64,000 nt of DNA from Ginglymostoma cirratum (GCA_024137785.1 JAHRHZ010000013.1:45065674-45129673); one strand, 5' to 3'. Positions 1 through 13,690 are shown, numbered from the stretch's first letter. Translations and numbers: made by a program. The notes: generated from the letters alone by a model not told the origin.

Positions 1-68
1 TCTACCTGTACCGCGCGTAAACAAGGCTCTTCACTGTATTTCAGTACACGTGATAATAAATCAAATCA
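1..68 (+). mobile_element. 3' tail of a non-LTR element (possibly Rex/Babar-like)
   Basis: ttcactgtatttcagtacacgtgataataaatcaaatca: polyadenylation signal followed by a short tandem tail. Confidence 0.45.
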
Positions 69-165
69 GTTCTGAGGGAGGGTCATTGGACCCGAACATT
101 ACGTTTGATTTCTCTCCACAGGTGCTGCCAGACTGGTTGGGCTTTTCCAGTAAATTGTTTCTGTT
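69..165 (+). mobile_element. Short PLE-terminus element (family B) with degenerate hammerhead
   Basis: ttCTGAGGGagggtcattggacccGAACatt...ctctccacaggtgctgccagac; homologous to 63051-63154. Confidence 0.7.
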
Positions 166-329
166 AGCTGAAAATTATATGACTGGAAGGACAAAAAATG
201 GTTTTGTGAAGGGGCAATAAATGTATGTTGACAATGAGGATTCTGCAATGGTAATTCTACTAAACATTAAGGAGAGCAGGTTAGAGCCTCTCTTCTTTTA
301 AACCAGGCGTGGACGTTGTCTAGGCTTTG

Positions 330-620
330 TTACAAATGGGCAAGGACTGCTTCAGCATCAGAGGACTTGCAAATGGCCCTGAACATTATGCAATCATCAG
401 CAAATATCAACACTCTGACCTTACGATAAAGGGAAGCTATTGACAAAACAGCTGATGATGTTTGAGCCCAGGACATTATCCAAAGAAAGTACTGCAGTGT
501 TGACCTGCAGTTGAGATAATTGACCACCAATAACCACAACAAATCTTTCTTGTGCCAGGTCAACTTCACATAGTGGAAAATTAGATTCCCATTGAGTCAA
601 TTTTTGCTCCTTGATGCCAT
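330..620 (-). mobile_element. Degraded LINE reverse transcriptase fragment
   Basis: VVVIGGQLSQLQ...VLGSNIISCFVNSFP and IFADD resemble the RT GVPQGSVLGP / FADD region; homologous to 44370-44530. Confidence 0.7.
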
Positions 621-2487
621 ACTCCGTCAACTGCTGCCACACACACACACATACAGCTCAGAGCAGGCTATGTTGTCATGAATTGTTGGAGCTCGAGAAG
701 GTCTCTGGTTTTAATTTATCTTGGATTTGGTGTACAAGTTAGTGCAGTTTGGACCAAATGTGATTTGCATCTCATTAGCTCAGCAAAGTAAGTGATACGG
801 CACACAAAGCTGCACTGCTTGCACGGTAAAAGAAAAACAGACTTCAGTAACTGTCAAAGGCAACGGAAGTCAAATTTCTATTTTAACTTTTTGAGGAAAT
901 AGAAGCTGGAAGCTTGCCTAGTTTGAAACTACTAGGAGAATCTACAGCAGGGATCAGGGCTTTATTGCAAAATAAATTAATCTGCTGAATTTGTCGGCAA
1001 ATATTGAAAATGTAACCAGAACAATGGCTTGAGGCTTTTCTAGCCTAGAGAGGGATGATAAATGAAAGTATCTCTGTGAATTGCTGGAGTTAAGAAGAAT
1101 TCTCCTGAAGATTGTAGCATACATGTGTCTTTCCATATAGCAGTAAATAACTGCTAGAATTATGTATCTAAGTAACTGTTTTAGTACAGAACTTGAACAT
1201 TGCCTAAAAAAGTGACATGAAGGTTAACTGTTTCTTCTTGCACTTGTCATGACTGAAATGCAAAAAGATAAAAATGGCAGAACAAGAAGAACAATTTATA
1301 CAGCATGAGAAGATACTAATTCATTGAAATTTGGTTGGCCTGGAGATAACTTGAAACTAACAGTTTCTATTGTAACTGATTAAATGCAAAGCTGGCAGGT
1401 TAACTCTGAGACAGGACACTACCATAGCAATGTAGCAGGGACTGGCTGTGTCCAATGCACTTTTTCACTGAGTAAAGGGACAAGTCTCAGTATATGCATT
1501 TTGTCCACGAAGGGCAGGTTCACGTAAATAATTATTGCACATAATAGAAGCTAATGACATAGCACTGCAGCCTGACTGGACTATTTAAATTAGGATTACC
1601 AGTGTAATTCATTGCACAGTGTTCTGATTCCAGCTTCCCAAATGATTGTACGACTGAACAAGTCAGATACCATAATTAATTCTGGCTTGATAGATTTTTT
1701 TTAGTTTTACTCAATGTGGTGCTCATGCACTAAAACAGTTAAATGAGGCTGCAGATTTACTTGAGCAACAGAAGTTATACAAAAGGCAAGAAAGAAAATC
1801 TGGGTATATAAACAGTGTGAAAGATGTTAAAGTACACAGCAAAGCAAAGTTGCATCCTGGTTCCCAACGCTATCTGTAACATAACTCAAATTCAGAGAAA
1901 TTATCCCTCCATCAAATCTTTAATTTCAATTTGACTGATTTCTCTCCAGTTCTTTTTGTGAACTATGACGCCTTCTCACTCAGGAGAGACAGCTTAGTAA
2001 CCTGCAGATTTCTAATTAATCACTCATGACTTGGAAGTTTTGCGACCTAAACTATTACATGAGGCAATGTGCTTCCCTGAGCTGTTCCGTTATCTAGAAC
2101 GGCAACTATACTGCTTTCTGACTACAGTCAGGTTTCCATTGAACTGCCCCAAAAGCTTTCCATCTTTGGGTTTCCTAAGCTACAATCAATCCTCAATTAC
2201 CCTGAACTAAAAACAAGCTAATGGCCTTCAATGTTTACACCCACCTGTTGTAAACCACTACAGTATAAACACACTCCCATCAATACTCTTGGGGATCACT
2301 GCCCTCTGATACATTCTGGGTTCTAGCACAGATTTCAGAATGACTGTCTGACCTAGCTATTTTTAAATCTTTCCAAAAAGCTAACAAATCCTATACACCA
2401 CTATTTTAAAATCCAAACTCTAATAATGATGTTTAGAAATCTTTCATGACAACAGTCAGTATTGTGTAGTAAACGTTTAATTTTTTC

Positions 2488-2782
2488 TTAGATTTAGATT
2501 TGGAATCCCTACAGTGTGGAAACAGGCCCTTCGGCCCAACAAGTCCACACTGCCCCCCCAAGAGCATCTACCCAGTCCCGTCCCCCTAACCTACACATCC
2601 CTGAACGCTACAGGCAATTTAGCACGGCCAATCCACCTAGCCTGCACATATTTTGGACTGTGGGAGGAAACCGGAGCACCCGGAGGAAACTCACGCAGAC
2701 ACGGGGAGAATGTGCAAACTCCATACAATCACCCAAGGGTGGAATCAAACCTGGGTCCCTGGCACAGAAAGGCAGCAGCGCT
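2488..2782 (-). mobile_element. HE1-like (V-SINE) shark SINE
   Basis: tRNA-like head, V-domain ggtgctccggtttcctcccacagtccaaa and CR1-like tail; similar to 24911-25227 and 59930-60218. Confidence 0.85.
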
Positions 2783-3835
2783 GTTGTCCAATAGCAGAAC
2801 AAAATCTAAGTTCGGACATTGTGTTCAGAGACTTACAAACACAGACTGGTTCAGCAGTTAGTATGCTGCTCAGTGTGGCCTACGACATATTACTTGATAT
2901 GGTCTGCCAATCATTGGAAATCACAGCCTACGTAACTAGCCATTATATCTAATCTTTTTTTTTTTTAAAAAACGTGGAACCTGTGATGCACTTTTAAACA
3001 AGGTACTCGGATTTCTTTTCAAGTAGAAACAGTCCCTGATCAATCATAATGCGGGGCTTTTTCAAGCCAGTGGGTCATACCTAATGGTGGGATATCTAGC
3101 ATCACCATTGACCATTCTCATGTGCACTACCTTGAAAATTCTCTAGTGAAAGACCACGGAAGAAAGCCATACCAAATGCAAGGATCAGTACTGGGCTCAG
3201 CTATTTTCAATCCACCTGAACAAATTACACCTAGGGACTGAGTGTAACGTATCCAAGTTTGCTGAGGGGACAATAAGCTTGAGGAGTACATAAAAAGATT
3301 CTAAAAGGACATTGCAAAGGAATGGGTAATTTCTTTCCCCCCAGAATCTAATCAATTTAGTTCATCGAGTGTTCAAAAGGATCCCCGGTTGATGAGATGA
3401 CTCCAGTAGTGAATTTTGTTAACAGGTTGCAAGTCAGACTATGATTGAATCTGAAGTTTGAAGCATGATATTTCCTTCATGTTCCAAATCCACCCAGGCT
3501 GGAATTGCCTCTGAATGAAAAGATCACTTCAAATAATAAATAAATTGAGAAGCAGATTGTTATGCAGAAAGGTTTCTGACCTGTTGAAAGAGAATTTGAG
3601 AAACCGAGATGACTCGTTGAGATGAGAAAGCAGCAAGATTAAATTGACGTTCCTTATTTGGATCAAATATTTTTCGGAGTCGATTGCAAAATTCTCAAAC
3701 ATTATTCTAACATTCAAGATTCTACATACATGGTTAGGTGAAAAAATATATTATAATCTTATAACGGATGGCTTTCTCCTTGTTTAAACTAACAGTTAAT
3801 TTTGTACCGTTTAATGAAACTCTTAAATAACATAC

Positions 3836-4018
3836 CAGCTGTGCGATGCATGCTTTGGATAGGCCTCCTTATCCTTTTTATTCTCAAAAGCTGGAACGTT
3901 TGCCTTGTAGTTATAAAACACTTCTTCACTCTCTGTGATATATGCCATCTCAGTGGCAAGGTTATCTACAGAAGAATGTCTTGGCTTTTGAGCATCATGT
4001 CTCAATCTTGGACTTGGC
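3836..4018 (-). CDS. PTPN3: PTPN3 coding exon 13 ([60 protein letters not shown])
   Basis: 183 nt, caatAG / GTATGT; matches PTPN3 [25 protein letters not shown] as recalled. The 3' boundary is slightly less certain. Confidence 0.9.
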
Positions 4019-5829
4019 CTATTGGTAAAACAAAGGAGTGAAGTCTTTATTAGATCAATTGATCATTTGACAGCACATTTGAGTAAAGTATTAAATTTAT
4101 GCCAAGTACTTAGAAGATTTCTGAAACGTTTAGATGAAAAAATAAACTTGTAACAAAATTTCCTGTATCTATGTCAGCAGGAACAGAATCAGTGGTCGGT
4201 GCACTGCCAAACAGTGGCTGTGAGAATCTCCTAAGAGGACAAGCTAAGACCCATGATTTTTGGGAGTTATTCTTTAAAGTCAGTCTTATAGGAAGGAGTG
4301 GGGGTGAGGGGGGAGGAAGTGGAGGATAGCACCTAAATGTTGCTCAGGACGGAGTGATACTCAAACTCTTTTGACTACCCACTCCTAGCTAGACTTTCTC
4401 TTCCTTCTTCTAGACCTCTGACAGCTTGTTCAGATAGCCACAGAAATGTAAGGCACCACTCTGGCGTCTTTGCATGGAGAATTAACACCACAGTCTAGTC
4501 CATTGCCTTAGCAATTCAAGATTACCTCTAATCTATTTTCACAAAAATTCTAGACTTTGAGGTTTTTAGTGGATGTCCCTGGTACACGCATTTTTTCTAT
4601 ATACTGAGACGCATTCCATTTTAATGGAAGCAAAATATGTTTCATGAATTGGTACTGTAACAACAACTGCATGAAATAGCTACATACAGTACATTTCAAA
4701 CATTTATTTGAATAAACAATTGAGACCAAGTGCACCTTGAACAATCACTATCACAAGTGCATTGAAATATAACAACTAACAATCCTGAGAGGCAGGTTCC
4801 CAGTAACTTTGCCCCACCTAGTGGTATATCTGCAGAAACAGATCACTTGGGTGGGGGGACTCGCATGTCAAGTCGTTATAAATGCATACAAATTAATTCC
4901 GAGAAATGCCACAGATATTTATTTGAATAGCCGGGTCTATCCTATTAACCACCCAGTGAATATTTGGGAACTTGCAAGTCAATCAGAAATTGCATGGTAA
5001 TTGCAATAAAAGAGTGCAATGTGAGATACAACTATCTTATAATGAAAAAGTGGAATGGGTATGCAATCCACTGTGAGATTTCAGCAGTTGAACTAAAGTT
5101 AGACATTCCTTTTATGTCAATCTCTACAAATACTGTGCCTCTCTAAACGTGGTACACAGGTCAAGCTGCACCCTTGACAACATTGATAAAATGGGGCTGT
5201 AGAACAATTAGAAAAAAAAACATTTTGAGCGAAGATTGTCACTTTCAAAATTGTTGCAATTGTTTGATTACATTGGTGAATGAGTCCATTTTTGGACCCA
5301 TCCTGTTCAAAGGAATATCACACCACTGTGCAGATTTGAGAAGACAGATGTTATACAAATACAAAAATAAACTGTCAGAGTTATAACTCTGTGCCAGCTA
5401 CATTTCTTGTTATTCTTCCAAAAAGCAAAAGTTAAAATTATTTTCCACCAACACTCCATCCACAAAGGGTGATGGGTAGAATATGTTATTAATCTTACCG
5501 AGTTAATTTAATATGATAATACAAATCTAGTCAGATACTACATCAGAATTTACTGTTCTATACTTGTCGAACGCACTTGTTCCCTATTTGCTTGGGGCAT
5601 CTCAATGTGATAATTTCTAGTTAATTGCCCGCATCTTCGTGGGTGCATAATTGTGGAATTTGAGCTTCTAATCTTCATGTGGGCTTGGGTCCAAATACAG
5701 ACTCCTACAAGCAATATGCTCAGGGCCACAGCTTCTATATTCAAACTTGTTTAAATAATTTGTCAGTGAAAGCAAATGTTCTACATTTTTTCTTAATTTC
5801 CCTCTTGTACTTCGCTGAGCTGTGAGAGT

Positions 5830-6030
5830 GGGCTCTTGTGGTAGAATTGTAACTGCTGAGCCGGGAGACCTGCAATCAATCCCACCTTCTCCAGAATAAC
5901 AGATTGCTTAAAAGTATCTATCCTAGCTGAGAAGGCACAGTGGTACTGTCCCAACTCTGGGTTTGTAGGTCTGGGTTCAAATGCCCTTAAAGTGTGCTTC
6001 AACATGTCTGAACAGTTTGATTAAAAACTG
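5830..6030 (+). mobile_element. Two tandem tRNA-derived SINE heads
   Basis: A-box-like ggcacagtggta and B-box-like gggttcaaatgcc followed by aacatgtctgaaca; same family as 39768, 41930-42200 and 46140-46385. Confidence 0.55.
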
Positions 6031-6319
6031 AGGGGGAAGACAGCTGACTGGTTATTAGGACATAAGCAGTGTGACTTTACAGCCGCATTTGGGGAGCTAT
6101 GTATTGGTTGAATGGGAAAATATCACCTCTGGCATTTTATTTCAGGAAAATGTGGATGTTTAGGCACATACCCCAATGAAATTGGTATCCATCAAGTGTT
6201 CTGTTGCTCTTGTAGAGCATATTAGAACGCCTGTCGTGTTGTTGCCTTTATTTCAGTTGCAAACATTAAATATGTTAGTTTGCTATTGTGGGATAAAATA
6301 TTTTTATTAAGTTATTTAC

Positions 6320-6454
6320 CAATCAGGTGTAGATGGTGGAGAGCGCGAAGGTAGACTTCTGGTTTCCAGCTGTTCAAGTGATACAGACTTTCTTAACCTC
6401 GGATTCCAGACCATGCCACCAATGACACGATGACAGAATTGATTGTTAATAGCC
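6320..6454 (-). CDS. PTPN3: PTPN3 coding exon 12 ([45 protein letters not shown])
   Basis: 135 nt, catAG / GTAAAT; VIGGMVWNP is diagnostic of PTPN3 rather than PTPN4. Confidence 0.95.
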
Positions 6455-6579
6455 CTATGGGCAAACAAAGATAAAAACAAATGCTGGAGAATCAAAACTT
6501 ATTCCCTCTTTTTTAAATAACAAGTTTAGTGTAAAGCCATCACAACCTCATCACAAAAAACCTTGACTCCTCTCCTTTC

Positions 6580-7960
6580 ACAAACTCCAAGTCCTATTTA
6601 CAATTTCTAATTCCTGTCCAAAGTCCTTGGATATTTCTTTTTTTAAACAGAACCCAAGCATGTTCCCTTCATTACAGAACTTCATGTGTATATCCCTCAA
6701 TCAGGTTTCTTATTCTGTCACAGTACCAAAACAGCTGACACTTGATATGACTGTGATGAAGGAAAACTATCCCTCCTTGTTTTGCTTGTAACTTTTGACA
6801 TAGTTAATCACATAACCCTCTTCTGCAAAAACCTCTCTGCCATTGTCTAGCTAAGTGTGACTGCATTTGTCCTTCTAAACATCAAGAGAGAATCACCTGC
6901 AATGCCTTTTCATCCCGCACACAACTTTTACTTCTGGTGTTCCAAAGGAACCATCTTAACCTCCCAAATTTGCATCTAAATGCTAGCTCTTCAGACTTCG
7001 TCTGAAAACACAGCAGTTTCCATATATGTGCTGATCAAACCAACTCTGTCTATGTCAGTTGGCCCCTCTAAATCATCAGACTACCTGTCCAATATAAAGT
7101 GCAGGAGCAGAAATTCACTTTAATTAAATATTATTAATTCATCACTCTTGGTCATCACCACAAACTCTGCTCCATAGCCACTGACTCTGTAACACCTCCT
7201 GTAAATTGGAGGTTTATCCAGGGTGTTCACAAGTCGAGGGTTGAATTTCTAACCACAACTTCATGCAGGTCACCAATTTCCACATCTCTAACATTGTTTT
7301 ACCTTGTATCTTAGGAAGGTTGGGATATTGGCCTTAGAGGGAGTACAATGTAGGCTTGCAAAGAATCATACCTGGCTTTCAGGGGTTATGTAATGAGATA
7401 AGATTATATAAATTAGGCCTGTCTTCTCTAGAATTTAGAAAGCTAAGGGGGATCTGATCAAAGTCTTCAAGATATTAACAGGAAAAGACAGGGTAGATAA
7501 AAATACACTATTTCCACTGGTCAGGGATTCTAGAACTAGGGGGACTATTAAAAAAAAACTAGGGTCAGGGTACTCAGGAGATGTTAGGAGCTCTTTTCCA
7601 GAAATGTCAGTTGATGCTACATCAGTTGTCAGTTTTAAATTTAAGATAGGTGAATTTTTGTTACGTTAAAAGGTATTAAGAGATATGGGCCAAAGGCAGG
7701 TATATGTAGTTAGGCCAGAGATCAGCCATGATCTCACTGAATGGCGTTAACAGGCCCAAGAGGATGAACGGACAATACCCATTCCTGTGTTCTCTGCCTC
7801 ACCTCCCTCTTTCTGAAACTCTTGCTTCACGCTTTTGCCGTCTCTGGATATGATCACTCTGATGTAATTCAAGCCAGCATACTTCATTCTACCATCAATA
7901 AACTTGGTTAAAGCACTGCTTCCACATCTGAACTAAATATCTCTGCCCTTATGTTTCTTT
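6580..7960 (+). mobile_element. Old L2 LINE RT remnant with nested CR1 3' fragment (7305-7792)
   Basis: Decayed FDTVDH, SGVPQG and YADDTQLY-like motifs; CR1 3' end (LEFRKLRGDLIKVFKIL, ...attcctgtgttc). Confidence 0.65.
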
Positions 7961-8451
7961 TCATGTATTTTATGTCTCCACAAATTTGCCGTGAACTAAA
8001 ACACAAATGTACTTGAAATGAAATAATTTGAACAATAAATTTATTAATATCCAAGTATATCTACATCGAAAACCTGTTTAAAAAATACCGCAGGGGTAAA
8101 TCTTTGTTTAAGTCTTAATTTTGCATTTTGTTGCTGTGCAATCAGGAAGAATGCATGAACTAGGACCAAAAAGTTACTGAAAATAGGGGAAAGATTACAA
8201 GTATTAGTCGTCAGTGTTTCTTCCTTTCCCGTGTGTTAGCTAAAGTCCATTCACACTCGACAATATCCAGAATGGACTGTGCTCCATATATAAAGGGTGA
8301 TCATGTGAGTTAAGAAGTCCACTAATTCTAAAACAGTTTAACAAATTCAGCTTTGTATGTCACAGCAGATACAGAATGCTAGATGGATAAATGCACATCT
8401 CTGCAAACAGTTAAAGATCAATTCTTATAAAAATTATGAATGCAAACAAAC

Positions 8452-8624
8452 CTGTTCTGGTTTCTGTGGCCTAGTGTAAAATAGTTTGAGAGTATTTTTT
8501 TCTCTCGAGGTAGTGGCTTCTTTGCTTGAAAGAACGTGTGATGCTCTACACATGATTTCCAAAGAATTTTACATGCTCTATAATTAAGCATATTAAATCC
8601 AATAACACTCTCTTGAGATTCGTT
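8452..8624 (-). CDS. PTPN3: PTPN3 coding exon 11 ([58 protein letters not shown])
   Basis: 173 nt, gacAG / GTTTGT; [11 protein letters not shown] marks the FERM C-terminus. Confidence 0.95.
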
Positions 8625-9600
8625 CTGTCAATTTAATGAATAGATTAGCAAAGTTAGACATCTTCAATTATGGTTGCAGAAAGTTGTGTTGAACCAAAAA
8701 TATTGCTAAAAGCACATCTCAACCACCTTTCTCTTGTTAGAATTCACACAATTTTCCACATGTGACACACATGGGATTATCTTGTACTACATTAAGTTTG
8801 GATAATTGTCTGGCTATGGATTATGTTCTTAAAATTCAGGTTACCTTTTCGTAGAAATCTGGAACCAGTCATGAATCGCTGAAGGCAACTAACATCTTAC
8901 CATTTCTAAGAAACGATCATTAAACAGTAAACAATGTTTGCAGAGATAAAGAGACTGGATATGACAACTGCCCCACCTAATATTCAGTTTCCTCCCCCTT
9001 CACTTAAAAATTCCAGCTATCCACCAGTGAGTGAAAAGTTAATCCCGCCCTAGTGCTACAAAATGTCAGGACTGTTTTGTCACATTGTGGTCATATGTTT
9101 ATTTCACCTCCCAATGTTGCACTGTTACAGTAGATCTTTCCCATGATGGTACACTCCAGCATGCTTAGGTTGTGAAAGCCTCAAATCATTCAGCACTAGC
9201 AAAGTGCATGCTGTTAAACCTACCCCTACCAAGCAGTACTGATTACCATATATCAATCTCTTAAATGGCATAACTGCTGCATATTTTCAGTTTTACAAAT
9301 CAGAAAGGGTAAAGTATTTAAGGGTAATTATATGGGAATATATATTTTCTATATATTAAATAAAAGCTTCACATTTATTATACAAAAGCACCAGCAAAAA
9401 TTGTCAAATGCCAACATATATAAATGTAAGCTGGCATTCACTCACTGCAATTGCTGATCCTGTTATGGTTACCTATATGGTATGAACATCCCAAATACTA
9501 TAAAGCAGTATACAGTCCAATTTGCACTGTACATGAGATCTGCTACATAACTGCATCTATTGATTACAATATAAATGCCTTTTCAGCATAGAATACTTAC

Positions 9601-9664
9601 AGATTTTTCCCTTAACTGAATGAAGAAACGTTTCCTCTTGAAAGAAATCTTTGTTATATTTACC
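9601..9664 (-). CDS. PTPN3: PTPN3 coding exon 10 (VNITKISFKRKRFFIQLREKS)
   Basis: 64 nt, tctttcAG / GTAAGT; KISFKRK.FFI motif. Confidence 0.96.
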
Positions 9665-9959
9665 CTGAAAGAAGAACATTCTAAATATACCGCTACTAAA
9701 AAAAACTGGAGCTGTGCATTATTAAAACTAACGATTTCAGGGGCAAAACTGCATAAAGCATACAACAAAATGTTTAGAACACTTCAGGGGAAAAGTTTTT
9801 AATAGGGTCAATCTTGACTTCATGCAAATGTGTAAAAAGAATGACATTGAGTCACGAGTGATCAGTCGATATTACCACCCTCTTTTATTGTGCAATAATT
9901 TCACTAAAAATATTCAGGAAAAATAAAAATCTGACAACGGCTATAAGATTTACCCTATT

Positions 9960-11200
9960 GACAATTTTATAACAGGTCTGAGAAATCTATTGTTTGGGGA
10001 GGTAACAAGCAATGTAGATAAAAGGGAACTAGTACATACAATACATTTTGATTTCCAAGGTGCATTTGATAAGATACTACACAAGGCTCCTCAATAAGTG
10101 ATGAGCCATAGTGCTGGGGACAGTGCATTAGCATAGACAGAAGATTGGCTAACTAATAGAAGACAGGGATAGTAGGAACTGCAGATGCTGGAGAATCTGA
10201 GAAAACAAGGTGCAGAGCTGGATGAACACAGCAGGCCAAGCAGCATTGGATAAGGAAGCATTTTCACAACAACAACTTGTAATGAATGGTGTGCCACATG
10301 GATCAGTGCTGTGGCCACAATTTTTTACAATATATATTAGTGACGCAAGAAAATATACTCTAGCCATTTTGCAGATGTCAAAAAGAACAGACAGAAAAGC
10401 AAATACGGAGGATGACATAATCAACAGAGGATTATAAACGGATGAAAGGAGTGGGCAAAAGCATGGTAGATGGAAGATAATGGAATAGTAGGAAAATGTG
10501 AGATTGTGCACTGGGGCAGGAAGAATAGGACAGTGATTATTTAAGGAGGGAGACACAGACACAGTGAGAGAGAGAGTGCGCGAGACACACAGCGAGAGAG
10601 AGAGCGAGAGAGAGAGACAGAGACAGAGAGAATGAGAGCGAGAGAGAGAGAGACACACACACGCANNNNNNNNNNNNNNNNNNNNNNNNNNNNNNNNNNN
10701 NNNNNNNNNNNNNNNNNNNNNNNNNNNNNNNNNNNNNNNNNNNNNNNNNNNNNNNNNNNNNNNNNNNNNNNNNNNNNNNNNNNNNNNNNNNNNNNNNNNN
10801 NNNNNNNNNNNNNNNNNGAAACCTGCACAGAATGATTTGGTGTTCCTCGTGCATAAGGAGTTGGCATCCCAGTTCAGCATATAATAGCAAAGGCAAATTG
10901 AAGTAAAGGCCGATATTTGAAGGGAATGGAGCATAAAAGTAGCAATGTCTTTCGAAAGCTACAGAAGGCACTAAATCGGACCACACCTAAATTACAGTGA
11001 ATAGTTTTGGTTCCCTCATCTATGATAAGGTAAATTGGCTTTGGAGGCAGTCTAAAGAAGTCAGTAGAAGATCCAAAGTATGAGGCGATTTGCTTATGAA
11101 GTGAGATTGAGTAGATTGGAGGTTTAGTTAAATGAGACGCACTGTTATTGAAATATGTAACAGTCTCAAGATTCAGCAACAAAAATTGGGTATGGCATTT
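9960..11200 (+). mobile_element. CR1 LINE RT remnant with a PLE-terminus fragment (10165-10247, minus), microsatellite and gap
   Basis: DFQGAFDK.. and GVPHGSVLWP motifs; inserted gatagtaggaactgcagatgctggagaatc...gcagcat. Confidence 0.75.
10548..10665. repeat. (GA)n/(CA)n compound microsatellite next to assembly gap 10666-10817
   Basis: Directly visible. Confidence 0.95.
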
Positions 11201-11550
11201 ACATGGGAACGGGAGAGGCCAGTTGTTGCACCAATTCATTTTGGAGCATACTTGAGGAAGCGATTTGCAATAGGTTTTTTTAAGACCAGACGTTTTCCTC
11301 CCGCGTGAGAAATATCACTATTAAATGGAAAATAAATGCTTTTAAATGCAAAAGCCAACTGTCTGCAGGTCTCTTCTCCCCCACCACCCTCTCACAAAGC
11401 AAAGATATTGTACATTCTCTTAGAGTGGCCTGAAAATACGCCTTTCAAGAAAGTACTGTATGCAGAAGAATAAATAAATGTCTGAAACTTTAGGAATATG
11501 CATACCATACCGTGTCAAGTAACACAAGCCAAATAACTCAGAATCATTAC

Positions 11551-11639
11551 CAGGGATAAAAACTGATTCGAGCCATATTTCGATAGACACGTAGTCCTTC
11601 AGAGGATATCCCAATCTTTATCTCTAAATTGCCTTGATC
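11551..11639 (-). CDS. PTPN3: PTPN3 coding exon 9 (DQGNLEIKIGISSEGLRVYRNMARISFYPW)
   Basis: 89 nt, tattttAG / GTAATG; FERM F3. Confidence 0.94.
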
Positions 11640-12119
11640 CTAAAATAAATAAATCAGTAACTCACAACAGTATGCCCAGGTCTGTAAGGAAGGCAAATGA
11701 AGACAATATATTGAGTAGATACATCAATAAGAATTGAAAAGATTTGAGCGCAGCATACCGTTTTCATGAGGAAGTCAATTTCTTTGACAGGATCACACTT
11801 GACAAGGCCGTTTGCTTTAAATTGGTTCAGGACTTTTTAAAGTAATAACGGGGATAGGAGAGTGTAATTTGGTGTGAGCCAGGATACAGTAGAACAAAAT
11901 TGGATAAATTAGAGATTATAGAGGGTGAAGGATGGAAGATTAGTCAGGAGAGCATTGGAATAGTCATGTCTGATGGTGACAAAGTTATGAATGAATGCTT
12001 CAGCAGATGGGTTGAAAAAAGGCAATTATGGCTAATATCACAGAGGTCAAATTAGATAGTCATTAAGAACAAACACAACTGATCGATAACAGCATACATA
12101 ATGCTCATCTGTGCAATAA

Positions 12120-12930
12120 GTAACCTCGTTAATACCAATCAGCAAAGATAGAGCAGCGGGAGATAAGCCTAGTCAATTTCCAAGAAAGTGATAACCCAAA
12201 TGGGATGGGACAATGCTATGGTCTGGTTTACTTGGTTGATAACTGTCTTTTGATAAAGTCCTACACGAGAAGCTGTTAATTTATCCCAACACTCTGTGGA
12301 TTCAGGTTAAACCATGGAAATTGATAAGGTAGTGGTAAAGCAGTAGGAAATAAGGTATGATTCCAGTGTAGCAACAAAAAGTGGGAGGAAATACTGAATC
12401 AGGTGGCTCAGTACTGATACAATTACTGTTTCTGATGTACATATAAATTACTTGCATTCATTAACACAGTGCCAGGTAGCTATATTTGCAGATGATACTA
12501 TACTAGGAAGGTTGGTGCAATCAGAGGAGAAAGTTCAGAAATTAAAGAATGGTTTGGACAAATGTTAATTCTGTAGAATAATGGCAGATAAAATTTGATG
12601 TTGCCAAGTATAAAAATAAGAACGATAAATAGATTACATACAACCCAAGTGTTAAGATAGCTACGAAGCTAAAGCAAACTTAGGATATTCAACATTCATA
12701 ATTAATGTGGAGAACCAATCAGCAAGCAATAACAAGATATTGAATTAAACAGCTACAATGGTAAATTCCAAATCACAAGAGGTAACAATCAAAATACTGT
12801 GATCAACTCACGTCTTAAAAATTGTATCCAGTTCTGATAGTCAAGAACTGAGAGAGATAGTCAAGCTTCTAGGATGTGTAGACAAAATCAAGTGACCTGA
12901 GATATGAACAATCACTGGTGAATCTAGGAC
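12120..12930 (+). mobile_element. Old CR1 RT remnant
   Basis: FDKVLHEKLL and FADDTILG-like motifs. Confidence 0.65.
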
Positions 12931-13454
12931 TCTAGATTACTTCAAAGATGACCATGGTAATTTACCACTGTATTCGTCATCCTCCTCTGAATCACCTACA
13001 GGTGGATTCTCTCAAGATAGATATTCTCAAGCAGGTCAAGGGATCGCTACCGTCTACAGGGCTCTATTTTCCTTGATAAGTACAGGAGTACATTTCCTGG
13101 TTCTCTCAAGTCAACTAAACATACTGAATGCAGAATAGAGAAGCTTTCTGTTTTTTCTAACTTTTAAAATTCATCATCTTCATGAACAAAATATCAAATA
13201 GTTTTGTAAAAAGATGGTAGAACTAAATCAAACCACTCTTCTTCCACAATTTGGATTTGCAGGAAACACAGTCTCTTTATTAGCTTTAAAGATAAAGGAC
13301 CAAATCTAATTATGCATTTTGTTTTAAGGTTTTGTGATGCCAGACTGCTGCAAAGAATGATGAACATAAAATTGAGGGCTCATCCCAAAAAGCAGCATCC
13401 ATACCGTGGACGTTACCTAAATGAGAAGAAAACTACCTTTAGGATCGATGTCAA

Positions 13455-13690
13455 TGCAAAGTGCTGGCCATGTTCGGCACGTCTAACAGCACCTGAGGAA
13501 AGAGAAACAGAGTTAACATTTTGAGTCTGAAATGGCTTTTCTTTGGAACTGGAGTAAGTTTCCGAAGAAAAGACATATTGAACTCGAAATGTTAACTCTG
13601 CTTCCCTCTTCACAGGTGCTTCCAGACCTGCTAAGCTTTTTCCCAATGCTTCATTTTATTTGAGATCGCCAATATTTTGCTTTTACTTTT
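13455..13690. mobile_element. Inverted head-to-head pair of family-B PLE termini
   Basis: cagagttaacattttgagtc (minus copy) then aactcgaaatgttaactctg (plus copy). Confidence 0.7.

Noticed and set aside
421-648. ORF as the next PTPN3 exon (VWQQL resembling VDQQL)
   Set aside because: The sequence is a decayed LINE RT next to a CA repeat, with no further PTPN3 similarity.
2837-2927. Cryptic minus-strand exon with a GTAAGT donor as PTPN3 exon 14
   Set aside because: Immediate stop codon in the required phase and no similarity to PTPN3.
2514-2952. Overlapping ORFs in several frames
   Set aside because: Reading frames of an HE1 SINE; the same holds at 24852-25342.
10149-10986. Long ORFs of 108-261 aa
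   Set aside because: Artefacts of the N gap and the GA microsatellite.
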